From Minisyncoccia bacterium (GTDB lineage Bacteria > Patescibacteriota > Minisyncoccia > Phycocordibacterales > GWA1-40-21), in NCBI GenBank assembly GCA_049695975.1, contig JBAVTE010000012.1:71665-135664 (forward strand): 64,000 nucleotides of DNA, read 5' to 3'. Positions 38,076 to 47,516 of the stretch are shown in pieces. The stretch's first letter is position 1. Each line of letters begins with the position of its first letter. Position numbers and translations under genes: made by a program. The notes under the pieces were generated by a model, which saw nothing but the letters and a program-made list of their open reading frames with translations, did no database searches and was not told the DNA's origin.

Positions 38076-38888
38076 TTACAAATTCAAATCCAACAAAACA
38101 GGACAGTGATCAGAGCCAAAAATATTATTTAGGATTTCTGCGCGGAAAACTTTTGGTGCGAGGTCAGGGGAGACGAAAAAGTAATCTAGACGCCAGCCGA
38201 TATTGCGATCACGAGCAAAGGTTTTCATATCCCACCAGCTATACTGAACTTTTTGTGGATAAAGTGCACGAAAAGTATCTATCCAACCGTGTGAAATAAG
38301 TTTATCCATCCAATCCCTTTCAATTCGCAAAAATCCGGTGTGATCTTCATTTTCTTTTGGCCTTGCGATATCAATTTCATTGTGCGCTGTATTTACGTCT
38401 CCGCAAAAAATGACTGACTTTCCTTGTTTTTTTAGCTTTTCTATAAATTTCAGGAATTCAGCATAGTATTCAAGTTTGTAGGCAAGTCGGTCTTCTCCAC
38501 CTCCACCATTTGGAAAATAAACATTAATTAAAACCCAGCCATTAAGGGCAGACCTTTTTTCAGATTCAAGGTCTGACCTTGGGGAATTGAAATATGCGAC
38601 GAGTGTGCGCCCTTCTTCATCAAATTTTTTAATTCCTAGACCGTACTCCACTTTTTCAGGTTTCTCTTTTGAATAAATAGCTACTCCGCTGTAACCTTTT
38701 TTTAATTTTGAATGGTCAAAAAATGCGTGGTAGCCGGGAGGAGAGTGAAGCTCTTCTGAAAGTTGTTCGGGATGCGCTTTCGTCTCCTGTAAACAAATAA
38801 TATTCGGATCAAATTCAAAAATCTGATTGAACTTATCCTTTTTTCCGAGGGAGCGTAGACCGTTTACATTCCATGAAATGATTTTCAT
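38076..38888 (-). CDS. xth: exodeoxyribonuclease III / AP endonuclease
   Basis: MKIISWNVNGLRS…CLQETK… and a C-terminal SDHCPV motif; 270 aa. Confidence 0.9.
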   Translation of the reverse strand: MKIISWNVNGLRSLGKKDKFNQIFEFDPNIICLQETKAHPEQLSEELHSPPGYHAFFDHSKLKKGYSGVAIYSKEKPEKVEYGLGIKKFDEEGRTLVAYFNSPRSDLESEKRSALNGWVLINVYFPNGGGGEDRLAYKLEYYAEFLKFIEKLKKQGKSVIFCGDVNTAHNEIDIARPKENEDHTGFLRIERDWMDKLISHGWIDTFRALYPQKVQYSWWDMKTFARDRNIGWRLDYFFVSPDLAPKVFRAEILNNIFGSDHCPVLLDLNL

Positions 38889-38971
38889 GGATAAATAATA
38901 ACATAAAATAATAATAAGAAGATACGCAAGATCACATAAGAAAAGACCATTATGGTAAACGATTCTTTATA

Positions 38972-39304
38972 TTAGGATTTAATTATTGTAAAGAGATTTC
39001 CGATAATTGGTAAAGGTTTCATTTCATTTTTGGAGGCATTCATAATACCAAGTATCATAAACACAAACATGATCAATCCCCAGATATTACTAAGAAAATA
39101 TATATGTAATATATTGGTTAGTATGATAGAACCAGCCAGCCCGATAATGAAAAGAATTGCTCCTTGATTTGTATGATAATTTAAAAATTGCGATCTATTT
39201 TTTACTGCGAGAAGCGGAATAAAGAAAATAATGTAGGCGATTATTGCCATTGTTTTGTCATTATTTGCGGGGGCTTGTTGATTTGTGTTATTTGATTCGT
39301 TCAT
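38972..39304 (-). CDS. small hypothetical membrane protein (110 aa, 3 TM)
   Basis: Hydrophobic helices; no recognisable domain. Confidence 0.35.
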   Translation of the reverse strand: MNESNNTNQQAPANNDKTMAIIAYIIFFIPLLAVKNRSQFLNYHTNQGAILFIIGLAGSIILTNILHIYFLSNIWGLIMFVFMILGIMNASKNEMKPLPIIGNLFTIIKS

Positions 39305-39394
39305 AAAATTTTTGTAAATTAATTAATAAAATAATTACTTCCTATTCTATTTATACAATTATACAACAAATTAGTTTTTATAACAATTTGAACA

Positions 39395-40387
39395 CTATGG
39401 ATTATTATGAAATTTTTTATGCACATCACGTAGGTGTTTGTCGGTGACGTGAGTGTAAATTTGCGTGGTGGCAATGTTGGCGTGACCGAGCATGACTTGT
39501 ACGGAGCGAATGTCTGCACCATTACTGAGGAGGTCGGTAGCAAAGCAGTGTCGGATCACGTGAGGCGTAACTTTTTTTGAAATTCCGGCAATGGTTGCAT
39601 ATCTTTTTACAATTCTTGCAATCGTTCTTTTATCAAGAAATCCATGGGGATTATTTTCATTATTTTTTTGAAATTTAGTTGAATTTTTTGTGCTCGGTGT
39701 TTGTTTTTTTGTAGGATTGACAGAAATTTGGGTAAATAGGGCATCAGACATATCATTCCTGAGGACTAAATAATCTTTTATCGATTTTTTCGCTTCATCG
39801 GAAAGAAAAACCACCCGCACTTTTCCTCCTTTCCCTCGAATGGAAAATTCATCCATTTTTAAGTCCAAATCGTTTGTAAGTGAACAAAGTTCGGAGACAC
39901 GAAGACCTGTGGAAAACAAAAGCTCCAAAATAGCCTTATCACGAGCTCGCCGTTCTGGATTTTCTTCTTGATTTGGTGCATTTAATAGTCTCTTCAATTC
40001 ATCAGGAGATATAGTATCAATTGACCGTTCATTTACTTTTGCAAGCTCGATATTATCGGCTGATAGGGAAGCGATTCCGCGACGAGTTAAAAATTTTAGA
40101 AAAATTCTGAGAGCAATTAAATAAAAATTCTGAGTTTTCTTACTCATTGTTCCGCCGGGAGTAGCGGACTCGCCCAAGAGATGATAACTTTTTGCCCCTG
40201 GCCGACGGTTTAGCCAAATGCGAAATTCCCGCACTTTTTCATTGGTAATATCTTTTGGGTCAGTAATTTTTGTTTGTTCAAAGAAAAGAGTAAGATAGCG
40301 GTCATAGTTTTCTATCGTTTTGAGCGAGCGTCCTTTTTCTATTTCAATATATTCTAGGAATTGTGTTTTGAGTTCTCTGGTGTTCAT
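39395..40387 (-). CDS. xerC: site-specific tyrosine recombinase XerC/XerD family
   Basis: C-terminal catalytic box …HVIRHCFATDLLSNGADIRSVQVMLGHANIATTQIYTHV… and an N-terminal SAM-like core-binding domain. Confidence 0.85.
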   Translation of the reverse strand: MNTRELKTQFLEYIEIEKGRSLKTIENYDRYLTLFFEQTKITDPKDITNEKVREFRIWLNRRPGAKSYHLLGESATPGGTMSKKTQNFYLIALRIFLKFLTRRGIASLSADNIELAKVNERSIDTISPDELKRLLNAPNQEENPERRARDKAILELLFSTGLRVSELCSLTNDLDLKMDEFSIRGKGGKVRVVFLSDEAKKSIKDYLVLRNDMSDALFTQISVNPTKKQTPSTKNSTKFQKNNENNPHGFLDKRTIARIVKRYATIAGISKKVTPHVIRHCFATDLLSNGADIRSVQVMLGHANIATTQIYTHVTDKHLRDVHKKFHNNP

Positions 40388-40473
40388 CTATGTATTATAT
40401 CAAAAAAATATAATATTGTGCGACACCAAAATTAGGGGTTGCGTATTGTCATAAAATATGCTAGACTTTTCTT

Positions 40474-40737
40474 ATGCTTACAAAAATAAAGAAACATAAG
40501 ATTATTAGTGAAGTGGCTATCCATGATACAGACACTGGTTCTCCAGAGGTTCAAATAGCCATGCTTACGAAGAAAATCGAGGAATTGACCAAGCATTTGA
40601 AGAAAAATGCCAAGGACAATCACTCCAGAAAGGGACTTCTTGGAATGGTAGCGGGAAGACACAAACATTTGAAATATTTGGAAAAGAAAAATCCAAAAAG
40701 ATTCAATGCAATTCAGAAGAAAGTTGGACTTAAATAG
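40474..40737 (+). CDS. rpsO: 30S ribosomal protein S15
   Basis: 87 aa with S15 motifs (…DTGSPEVQIAMLT…HLKKNAKDNHSRKGLL…). Terminator hairpin at 40750-40777. Confidence 0.9.
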   Translation: MLTKIKKHKIISEVAIHDTDTGSPEVQIAMLTKKIEELTKHLKKNAKDNHSRKGLLGMVAGRHKHLKYLEKKNPKRFNAIQKKVGLK

Positions 40738-40880
40738 ACAATCAGCAAACTCCGCTCACAAGAGCGGATTTGTTTTTAGTGTTATAATGTAAAAGGTCGA
40801 TCTCATTAGAAACCTCGAAAATTAAAAATTTTCTATTTCTAACGGGATGAAAGTTTTTAATAATTTAATAATATTTTAAT

Positions 40881-41393
40881 ATGTCAGTTATAAAACATAA
40901 AAATCAGAGGGTCGGAATTTTCATAGATACACAGAATTTATATCATTGTGCAAAAAACCTTTACAATGGTGCAAAGGTGAATTTTGGGCAGGTAGTAAAA
41001 GACGCACTTGCGGGCAGGTCGCTTATCCGTGCAGTTGCTTATGTGATTACCACAGAATCAGGTGACGAAAAGAGTTTTTTTGATGCACTTGCTAAAGCAG
41101 GAATAGAGACAAAAACAAAAAATTTACAAATATTTGTCGGGGGTTCTAAGAAAGCCGATTGGGATGTCGGTCTTGCGGTCGACGCAATCAAACTTGCCCC
41201 AAAGTTAGACACAGTGATACTTATTTCTGGAGATGGGGACTTTGTGCCTCTTGTAGAATATCTAAAAACAAATGAAGGTTGCCAAGTAGAGCTTCTTTCT
41301 TTTGGCAAATCAACCTCAGCAAAGCTTATAGAGGCGGTAGATGATTTTATTGATCTTGGAGATAATGCGAGAAAGTATTTAATGAAATATTAG
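40881..41393 (+). CDS. NYN-domain (LabA/DUF88-like) protein
   Basis: VGIFIDTQNLYH…RAVAYV…ILISGDGDF fits the NYN/LabA fold signature. Confidence 0.7.
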   Translation: MSVIKHKNQRVGIFIDTQNLYHCAKNLYNGAKVNFGQVVKDALAGRSLIRAVAYVITTESGDEKSFFDALAKAGIETKTKNLQIFVGGSKKADWDVGLAVDAIKLAPKLDTVILISGDGDFVPLVEYLKTNEGCQVELLSFGKSTSAKLIEAVDDFIDLGDNARKYLMKY

Positions 41394-41659
41394 AAAAAAA
41401 ACAGCCCGCCTAAGGCGAGCTGTTTTTTGTATTGACTTTAATCTTTAGGCAAAATCATTGCACAAAAAATCTTAAATAAATATAGATATATTAATTCCAA
41501 AATATAGTAAACTAAACAAATTTTTAAACTTATGCTAAGATTAAAGACGAAAAATCATCAGATGATTTTTCGTCTTTAATAGTTTTATTAATATGATTTG
41601 CCTCTGAATATGCAGTTTGTCCGCTCTTTGCGGGTAATCTGAAATTTAGGGACAAATCT

Positions 41660-41791
41660 AATCCCGTTAGAGATAGATGAATTTTTTTGCAACAAAAAAA
41701 TTCATCGTAGAGAACCCACGTTCTCAATTTAACAGGATTTATCAGGTAATCAGATTAAGTGCCAATTCATAACACTTTAATCTCTAACGGG
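41660..41791 (+). promoter_or_regulatory. conserved structured 5' leader element, copy L1 (upstream of pnp)
   Basis: Begins AATCCCGTTAGAGATAG, contains two internal perfect hairpins, and ends …CAGATTAAGTGCCAATTCATAACACTTTAATCTCTAACGGG immediately before the ATG. The 5' 14 nt are the exact reverse complement of the 3' 14 nt (ATCTCTAACGGGAT), which includes the A and U of the start codon. Copies L2 and L3 are at 48302-48425 and 61153-61275. Confidence 0.6.
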
Positions 41792-43909
41792 ATGCATAAG
41801 AAAGAATTTTCGACAGAGTTTGGAGGTAGGACACTTACTGCGGAGTTTAGTGATCTCGCAGAAAACGCGCATGGTTCAGTACTTTTGAAATATGGAAACA
41901 CAATGGTTTTTGCCACGGCTGTTATTTCAAAAGAACCAAAGTTGGGGGGAGACTATCTGCCTCTCACCGTCGATTATGAAGAAAAGTTTTATGCAAGCGG
42001 TCAGATTCTTGGAAGTAGATTTATGAAAAGAGAAGGTAAACCATCGGACGAAGCTATTTTGACTGGAAGAATTGTAGATAGAACTATTCGTCCACTTTTT
42101 GATCAGTGGATTAGACACGAAATACAAGTGGTGGTCACCGTACTTTCTCTAGACACAGATGATCCAGACATACTTTCTGTTATTGCAGCATCTCTTGCGG
42201 TTTCCGTTTCCAAAATTCCATTTCATGGACCTGTCAGCGCCACAAGAGTTGGTAAACACAAACTTGATGGTTTTCAAATAAATCCGTCATATATTGAAAG
42301 AGAAAATGAAAATTATGAAATCGATCTTATTGCCTGTGGAAAAGATGGAAATATCAATATGATAGAACTTGGTGGAGATGAAGCCCAGGAGTCAGTCGTT
42401 GTGGAAGGTCTTAATCTTGCATCAATAGAAATAGAAAAAATAAATGAGTGGCAAAAGAAAATTATTTCTGAAATTGGTGAAAAAAAGATTTCACTTCCTG
42501 CTCCGGTAATGCCAGAAACTGTGTCCAAACTTTTTTCAGATAAAATTGAGCCAAAGCTCGAAAGTTTTGTAATGAGTGGAATTCCAGGCGGGTCAAAAAT
42601 AGGCGAAATAATGTCGGAGTGGATGAATCTAGCCGAGAAAAATTTTCCGGAAGATGTGCATTTTGCTGAACATTTATTTGAAGAAAAAGTAGATGCAATG
42701 ATTCATGATCAGGCATTGAAAAATAACAAGAGAGCAGATGGTAGAGGAATTGATGATTTGCGACCTCTTTTTGCACAAGCGGGTGGAGTCTCTCCAATAC
42801 TTCATGGTTCAGGAATCTTTTATAGAGGAGGAACGCACATTTTGACGACACTTACCCTCGGTGGACCAAGTGATGCACAAATAATAGATGGAATGGAAGA
42901 AAGTAATAATGCAAAAAGATTTATGCACCATTACAATTTCCCTCCATATTCAACTGGCGAGACAGGAAAAATGGGTGGAACAAATAGAAGAATGATAGGC
43001 CATGGCGCACTCGCTGAAAAAGCTCTTTTGCCAATGATTCCTTCTAATAGCGTTTTTCCTTACACAATTCGTCTAGTATCTGAAGCATTTTCTTCAAACG
43101 GTTCAACTTCAATGGGTTCTGTTTGTGGATCTACTCTTGCTCTCATGGACGGAGGTGTGCCAATCAAGAAACCGGTAGCTGGAATTGCTTCAGGATTAAT
43201 GATGGATGAAAAAGGAAATTATAAAGTTCTCACAGATATTCAAGGCCCCGAGGATCATTATGGTGATATGGATTTTAAAGTTGCGGGGACAAAAGATGGA
43301 GTTACTGCTATTCAAATGGATGTAAAAGTCAGTGGTGTTCCTGTAAATATTCTCGCCGAGGCCTTTGAAAAAGCAAAAATTGCACGACTCAAAATTCTCG
43401 ATGTGATTTTGAAAGCTATTGCTGAACCAAGAAAAGATATTTCAGCAAACGCACCAAAAATTTTAGTAATAAAAATTAAACCGGATCAGATTGGTGGAGT
43501 GATTGGTTCTGGGGGAAAAGTTATTAAAGAAATTAAAGAAAAAACTGGTGCTGATATCGATATTGAAGATGATGGCACTGTGTATTGTACCGGCAAAGAC
43601 GGTTCGGCAGAAAAGGCCAAGTTGATTATTGAAGCTATGACTCATGAATACAAGGCAGGAGAAAGATACGAGGGAATTGTAACAAAAACCACCGATTTTG
43701 GTGCTTTTGTGAAAATTGGGATGGGTGATACAGAAGGCCTTGTACATGTTTCAGAAATTGCACCTTTTAGAGTAGATAATGTCAGCACGATTTTGAAAGA
43801 AGGAGACAAAGTACCAGTCGTTGTAAAAGGTATAGATGAAAGAGGACGTATTAGTCTTTCTATTAAACTAGCTGATTCAGAATGGGCACAAAAGAAGTTG
43901 GGAAAATAA
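41792..43909 (+). CDS. pnp: polynucleotide phosphorylase
   Basis: Two RNase PH domains, KH and S1 domains at the C-terminus. The ORF-track start (GTG at 41759, giving MPIHNTLISNGM) lies inside the shared leader. The start is more likely the ATG at 41792 (MHKKEFSTEF…). Confidence 0.9.
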   Translation: MHKKEFSTEFGGRTLTAEFSDLAENAHGSVLLKYGNTMVFATAVISKEPKLGGDYLPLTVDYEEKFYASGQILGSRFMKREGKPSDEAILTGRIVDRTIRPLFDQWIRHEIQVVVTVLSLDTDDPDILSVIAASLAVSVSKIPFHGPVSATRVGKHKLDGFQINPSYIERENENYEIDLIACGKDGNINMIELGGDEAQESVVVEGLNLASIEIEKINEWQKKIISEIGEKKISLPAPVMPETVSKLFSDKIEPKLESFVMSGIPGGSKIGEIMSEWMNLAEKNFPEDVHFAEHLFEEKVDAMIHDQALKNNKRADGRGIDDLRPLFAQAGGVSPILHGSGIFYRGGTHILTTLTLGGPSDAQIIDGMEESNNAKRFMHHYNFPPYSTGETGKMGGTNRRMIGHGALAEKALLPMIPSNSVFPYTIRLVSEAFSSNGSTSMGSVCGSTLALMDGGVPIKKPVAGIASGLMMDEKGNYKVLTDIQGPEDHYGDMDFKVAGTKDGVTAIQMDVKVSGVPVNILAEAFEKAKIARLKILDVILKAIAEPRKDISANAPKILVIKIKPDQIGGVIGSGGKVIKEIKEKTGADIDIEDDGTVYCTGKDGSAEKAKLIIEAMTHEYKAGERYEGIVTKTTDFGAFVKIGMGDTEGLVHVSEIAPFRVDNVSTILKEGDKVPVVVKGIDERGRISLSIKLADSEWAQKKLGK

Positions 43910-43938
43910 ATCAAATTCGGTTATAATAGAGGTTAGAT

Positions 43939-44931
43939 ATGCCTCCAGAAGAAAATACAAATCAAAATATTTTAGCTAATGATGTCAAATCTATTGACGA
44001 GGAGACTTCAAAATTTTTAAATTTAAATTCAAACTCTCTTTCTCCTAGGGGTAAAACAATTATCCGGACATATAAGAGCGATGTGGAAGAAACTGTTTTA
44101 TCAAATCACCTTTCCTCGGTCAATATTGCTTTGTCAGAAAATAGAAAAATGATGGAAAGGTTGGCAGAGTCAAAAGACGCTGGTCAGAAAGACAAAAAGA
44201 ATTACATTATTATTTTAGTTTCTTTTTTCTTGGTTATTTTGGGTGTGCTTGCTGTTGTTATTCCGGTATTTCTTGTCAACAAAAAATATACACCAGTTGT
44301 CATCCCAATAAGAATTTCTCCTATAATTAATCCTGATTCTACCGAAGATTTAAATTTAGAAGACTTAGATCAAACCAGAATTCCCAAGACCCTTGCGGAA
44401 AGGGTAGAACAAACATCTATCAAGGTTGGTTCTATTCGCGGTATATATTTGACTGAAAAAAATGTCGATAATACAAGGAAGTTAACAGATATAAACAAAT
44501 TTATAACTCTTCTTAAATTTAATGTGCCAGACATATTAGCAAGGACATTGAGACCAGATTATCTTTTTGGAATGCACAATTTTATTGGTAATCAAAGTTT
44601 TCTTATTTTGAAATTTGGTTCTTATGATAATGCGTATTCGGGAATGCTTTCTTGGGAGAAGGATTTGTGGATAAATTTTAAAGATTTATTTGGAATTGTA
44701 GATTCGGATGATTCTTTTTCGACAGATGTAGATGTCTTTGCCAAAAATATCAAAAATTTCCAGGATATTGTTATAAAAAATAAAGATTGTAGAGGGGTAG
44801 AGGATAGTGCGGGGAAAATTCTTCTATTGTATTGTATTCTGGACAAAGAAACTGTCATTATCACGACAAGCCAAGATACCCTAAAAGAAATATTACTTAG
44901 AATGACTTCAAAACAGACAGTGAGTCAATAA
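43939..44931 (+). CDS. hypothetical membrane-anchored protein (330 aa)
   Basis: One TM helix around residue 90-115; no recognisable domain. Confidence 0.4.
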   Translation: MPPEENTNQNILANDVKSIDEETSKFLNLNSNSLSPRGKTIIRTYKSDVEETVLSNHLSSVNIALSENRKMMERLAESKDAGQKDKKNYIIILVSFFLVILGVLAVVIPVFLVNKKYTPVVIPIRISPIINPDSTEDLNLEDLDQTRIPKTLAERVEQTSIKVGSIRGIYLTEKNVDNTRKLTDINKFITLLKFNVPDILARTLRPDYLFGMHNFIGNQSFLILKFGSYDNAYSGMLSWEKDLWINFKDLFGIVDSDDSFSTDVDVFAKNIKNFQDIVIKNKDCRGVEDSAGKILLLYCILDKETVIITTSQDTLKEILLRMTSKQTVSQ

Positions 44932-45000
44932 ATAAATAGCGCTTTAATACCTTTTATTTTTTCTTATTTTGTGTTAGATTTACTTTACATCGGGGTATGG

Positions 45001-45071
45001 TGTAACGGTAGCATACGTGCTTTGGGAGCATGCAGTCCGAGTTCAAATCTCGGTACCCCGACAATAATTAC
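45001..45071 (+). tRNA. tRNA-Pro (anticodon TGG)
   Basis: Acceptor CGGGGTA/TACCCCG, anticodon stem CGTGC/GCATG with loop TTTGGGA, T-arm CCGAG-TTCAAAT-CTCGG. Confidence 0.7.
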
Positions 45072-45185
45072 CTTGAGGTAGTTTTGTTCGAGATTTGAAT
45101 GACGGAGCAATATCGAGCCAGCAGGCGAGATTGCGAGTCGGGGTCGCAGAAATTTCCGAACGACGGTGAGAAAATTATCTGTGAC

Positions 45186-45211
45186 CAAATCTCGGTACCC
45201 CGACAATAATT
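45186..45211 (+). repeat. direct repeat of the tRNA-Pro 3' end plus trailer (26 nt), 106 nt downstream of the tRNA
   Basis: CAAATCTCGGTACCCCGACAATAATT at 45054-45079 is repeated exactly at 45186-45211. The 106-nt insert between them contains CGAGATTTGAA, the reverse complement of the tRNA T-arm. Confidence 0.8.
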
Positions 45212-45246
45212 TCAAAATCCCGTATCGCAACACTAATTGTTAATTT

Positions 45247-45921
45247 ATGAATCTTTTTATTTATGGTACTGGCACAAAAATAATTACTGATCTTGCTAAA
45301 AAAATCGGTTTTAATATCGTTAAAAAAAATCCTAGCCTGATAGCAAGCTTTGGTGGAGACGGAACTTTTATGCTTGCAGAAAAGGAATACCCTAACGTGC
45401 CGAAATTTTATTTGAAAAATAGTCGCGTGTGCAAAAAATGTTTTCAATTTTCTAATGAAGATGTTTTAAAAAAAGTATTAAGTAAAAAATATATAATAGA
45501 AGAATACATAAAAATTTCTGCAAAAGCGAAAGATAAAAATATTTGTGGTCTCAACGAAATTATCGTTCATAACAAAGATCCGAGGAGAGCTATCAGATAT
45601 GAAATTTTTATAAATAATAAAAAAATTGGTGGAGAGATTATTGGCGATGGAGTAGTTGTGGCTAGTCCATATGGTTCGACAGGATATTATCGTGCGATTA
45701 CGGCTAGTTATTTTGAAGTGGGAATAGGTGTAGCTTTCAATAATAGTACTGAGCAATCTGATCATATAGTAATAAAAGATAGTTCTAAAATTAAAATCAA
45801 GATCACTAGGGGTGTAGCAGTAGCATATGCAGATAACCATAGTGATGAAATAGAATTGGAACGCGGAGATGAGATTTTTATTGAAAAATCTCTTGAAACA
45901 GCAAAAATAATAAAAATTTGA
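45247..45921 (+). CDS. nadK: NAD kinase
   Basis: GGDGT motif, the NE…HN region and the DG(V)VVASPYGSTGY motif. Confidence 0.8.
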   Translation: MNLFIYGTGTKIITDLAKKIGFNIVKKNPSLIASFGGDGTFMLAEKEYPNVPKFYLKNSRVCKKCFQFSNEDVLKKVLSKKYIIEEYIKISAKAKDKNICGLNEIIVHNKDPRRAIRYEIFINNKKIGGEIIGDGVVVASPYGSTGYYRAITASYFEVGIGVAFNNSTEQSDHIVIKDSSKIKIKITRGVAVAYADNHSDEIELERGDEIFIEKSLETAKIIKI

Positions 45922-45990
45922 ATTCGTGTTATTGCAATACTCATTGAGATTTTTTTGTAATAAAACTAATTTCTCAAATACTGAAAAAAT

Positions 45991-46290
45991 ATGAAAAAGT
46001 TTATTAAAAAAGTAGAAGATTTTGTATGTGAAAAATGTGGTTTTTTTGTAAAAGGTAATGGCTATACAAACCATTGTCCAAAATGTCTTTGGTGTAAACA
46101 TGTCGATGATAATCCTGGCGATCGAGTCTCGAGATGTAAGGGTATGATGAAGCCGATTGATATTGAACAGAAAAATGGTGAGTTTCGTATCAAACACAAA
46201 TGTCAAAGATGTGATTTTGAGAGAGTAAATAAAATACAAAAGGAAGATGATATGGATGAGGTTTTAAAATTATCTGTTTCTAAAAACTAG
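45991..46290 (+). CDS. RNHCP-domain zinc-ribbon protein
   Basis: YTNHCPKC plus three further CxxC pairs; 99 aa. Confidence 0.6.
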   Translation: MKKFIKKVEDFVCEKCGFFVKGNGYTNHCPKCLWCKHVDDNPGDRVSRCKGMMKPIDIEQKNGEFRIKHKCQRCDFERVNKIQKEDDMDEVLKLSVSKN

Positions 46291-46368
46291 TCTTAATTAG
46301 CTTGTTAATCTTGTCCCTTTATTTTTACACTCTTTTATGTATAATATTAGAGTTCGTTTGATTTTTAC

Positions 46369-46439
46369 GCGGGATTAGTTTAGTGGTAAAACGACGGTTT
46401 TCCAAACCGTGGTCGGGAGTTCGATTCCCCCATCCCGCA
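46369..46439 (+). tRNA. tRNA-Gly (anticodon TCC)
   Basis: Acceptor GCGGGAT/ATCCCGC, anticodon stem ACGGT/ACCGT with loop TTTCCAA, T-loop TTCGATT. TATAAT at 46341-46346. Confidence 0.75.
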
Positions 46440-46511
46440 CAAAATAAAATGCTGTTCTTGTAAGTGGTTTTGTTATTGTGTGTTATAATTCTCTTGTATT
46501 AATAAAAGCAA

Positions 46512-47462
46512 ATGAATTATCTACTAGAACAACAGATTAAAAAAATTTTTAATAATCAAACGCCGTCATCTCTTGAATGGGATATTTTTTTGCAGATTGT
46601 AAGTAATACATATGATAAATACGATAAAGATTGTGAACTTTCAGATGACGCATTTGATAACAAAAAAATAGAAGAGCTAAATCAGAATAGGCGACTTCTA
46701 ATAAAAAAAGAAGAAGACTTGGTAATTGAAAATAAGCGTTTATTGGAAGTTGACAAAATAAAAACAGAATTTATTTCAGTGATTGCACATCAGTTAAGGA
46801 CACCACTTAATGCTACCAAGTGGGTACTTTCTCTCCTTATTGACGAATATTCAAAAAATTTAACTTTAGAACAGCGTGATTTGGTAAAGAAAGGCTATGA
46901 AAGTAATGAACGTATGATTAATTTGGTAAACGATATGTTGGAAGTAACGCGGATAGAATCTGGTAAAGTTCAGTATAGTCTCACTCTTGTGCATATAGAG
47001 GATATTATTAATAGCTTGCTCTCAGATTTTGTCGGGCTTGCTTTTATGCGTAAGATAAATATTTTTTTTGATAAACCGATAGATCAGTTGCCATATATTA
47101 ATGTCGCTCCAGAAAAAATTCGTGGGGCAATTCAAAATTTAATTGAGAATGCATTGGTATACACTAAAAGCGGAGGAAGTGTTGTCGTAAGGGCTATGCT
47201 TGAAAACAATATGGTTAAAGTGTCTATTGAAGATAATGGTATTGGCATTCCTGAAAAACAACAGGCAGATATTTTTAATAAGTTTTTTCGTGCTGATAAT
47301 GCTGCTAAAATGCAAACAGATGGCTCAGGTTTAGGTCTTTTCATTTCTAAAGATATTATTGAAAAGCATGGAGGCCAAATTGGTTTTGAAAGCGTTGTTG
47401 ATAAAGGAACTATATTCTATTTTACTCTTCCTATAGCTAAGCAAGATAATGCTAAAAGTTAG
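46512..47462 (+). CDS. sensor histidine kinase (cytoplasmic, no obvious TM segment)
   Basis: H-box FISVIAHQLRTPLN and the N, G1 and G2 boxes (…DNGIGIP…GSGLGLFISKDII…). Confidence 0.8.
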   Translation: MNYLLEQQIKKIFNNQTPSSLEWDIFLQIVSNTYDKYDKDCELSDDAFDNKKIEELNQNRRLLIKKEEDLVIENKRLLEVDKIKTEFISVIAHQLRTPLNATKWVLSLLIDEYSKNLTLEQRDLVKKGYESNERMINLVNDMLEVTRIESGKVQYSLTLVHIEDIINSLLSDFVGLAFMRKINIFFDKPIDQLPYINVAPEKIRGAIQNLIENALVYTKSGGSVVVRAMLENNMVKVSIEDNGIGIPEKQQADIFNKFFRADNAAKMQTDGSGLGLFISKDIIEKHGGQIGFESVVDKGTIFYFTLPIAKQDNAKS

Positions 47463-47516
47463 TCTTGTGGGGATGATTTTTTATAGTATAATGATGTTAA
47501 TAGTTTATATTTAAAA

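Noticed and set aside
45478-46239. 253-aa minus-strand ORF antisense to nadK and the RNHCP gene
   Set aside because: Low-complexity F/Y/I-rich translation with no domain. It overlaps two well-supported plus-strand genes and is the typical antisense artefact of AT-rich DNA.
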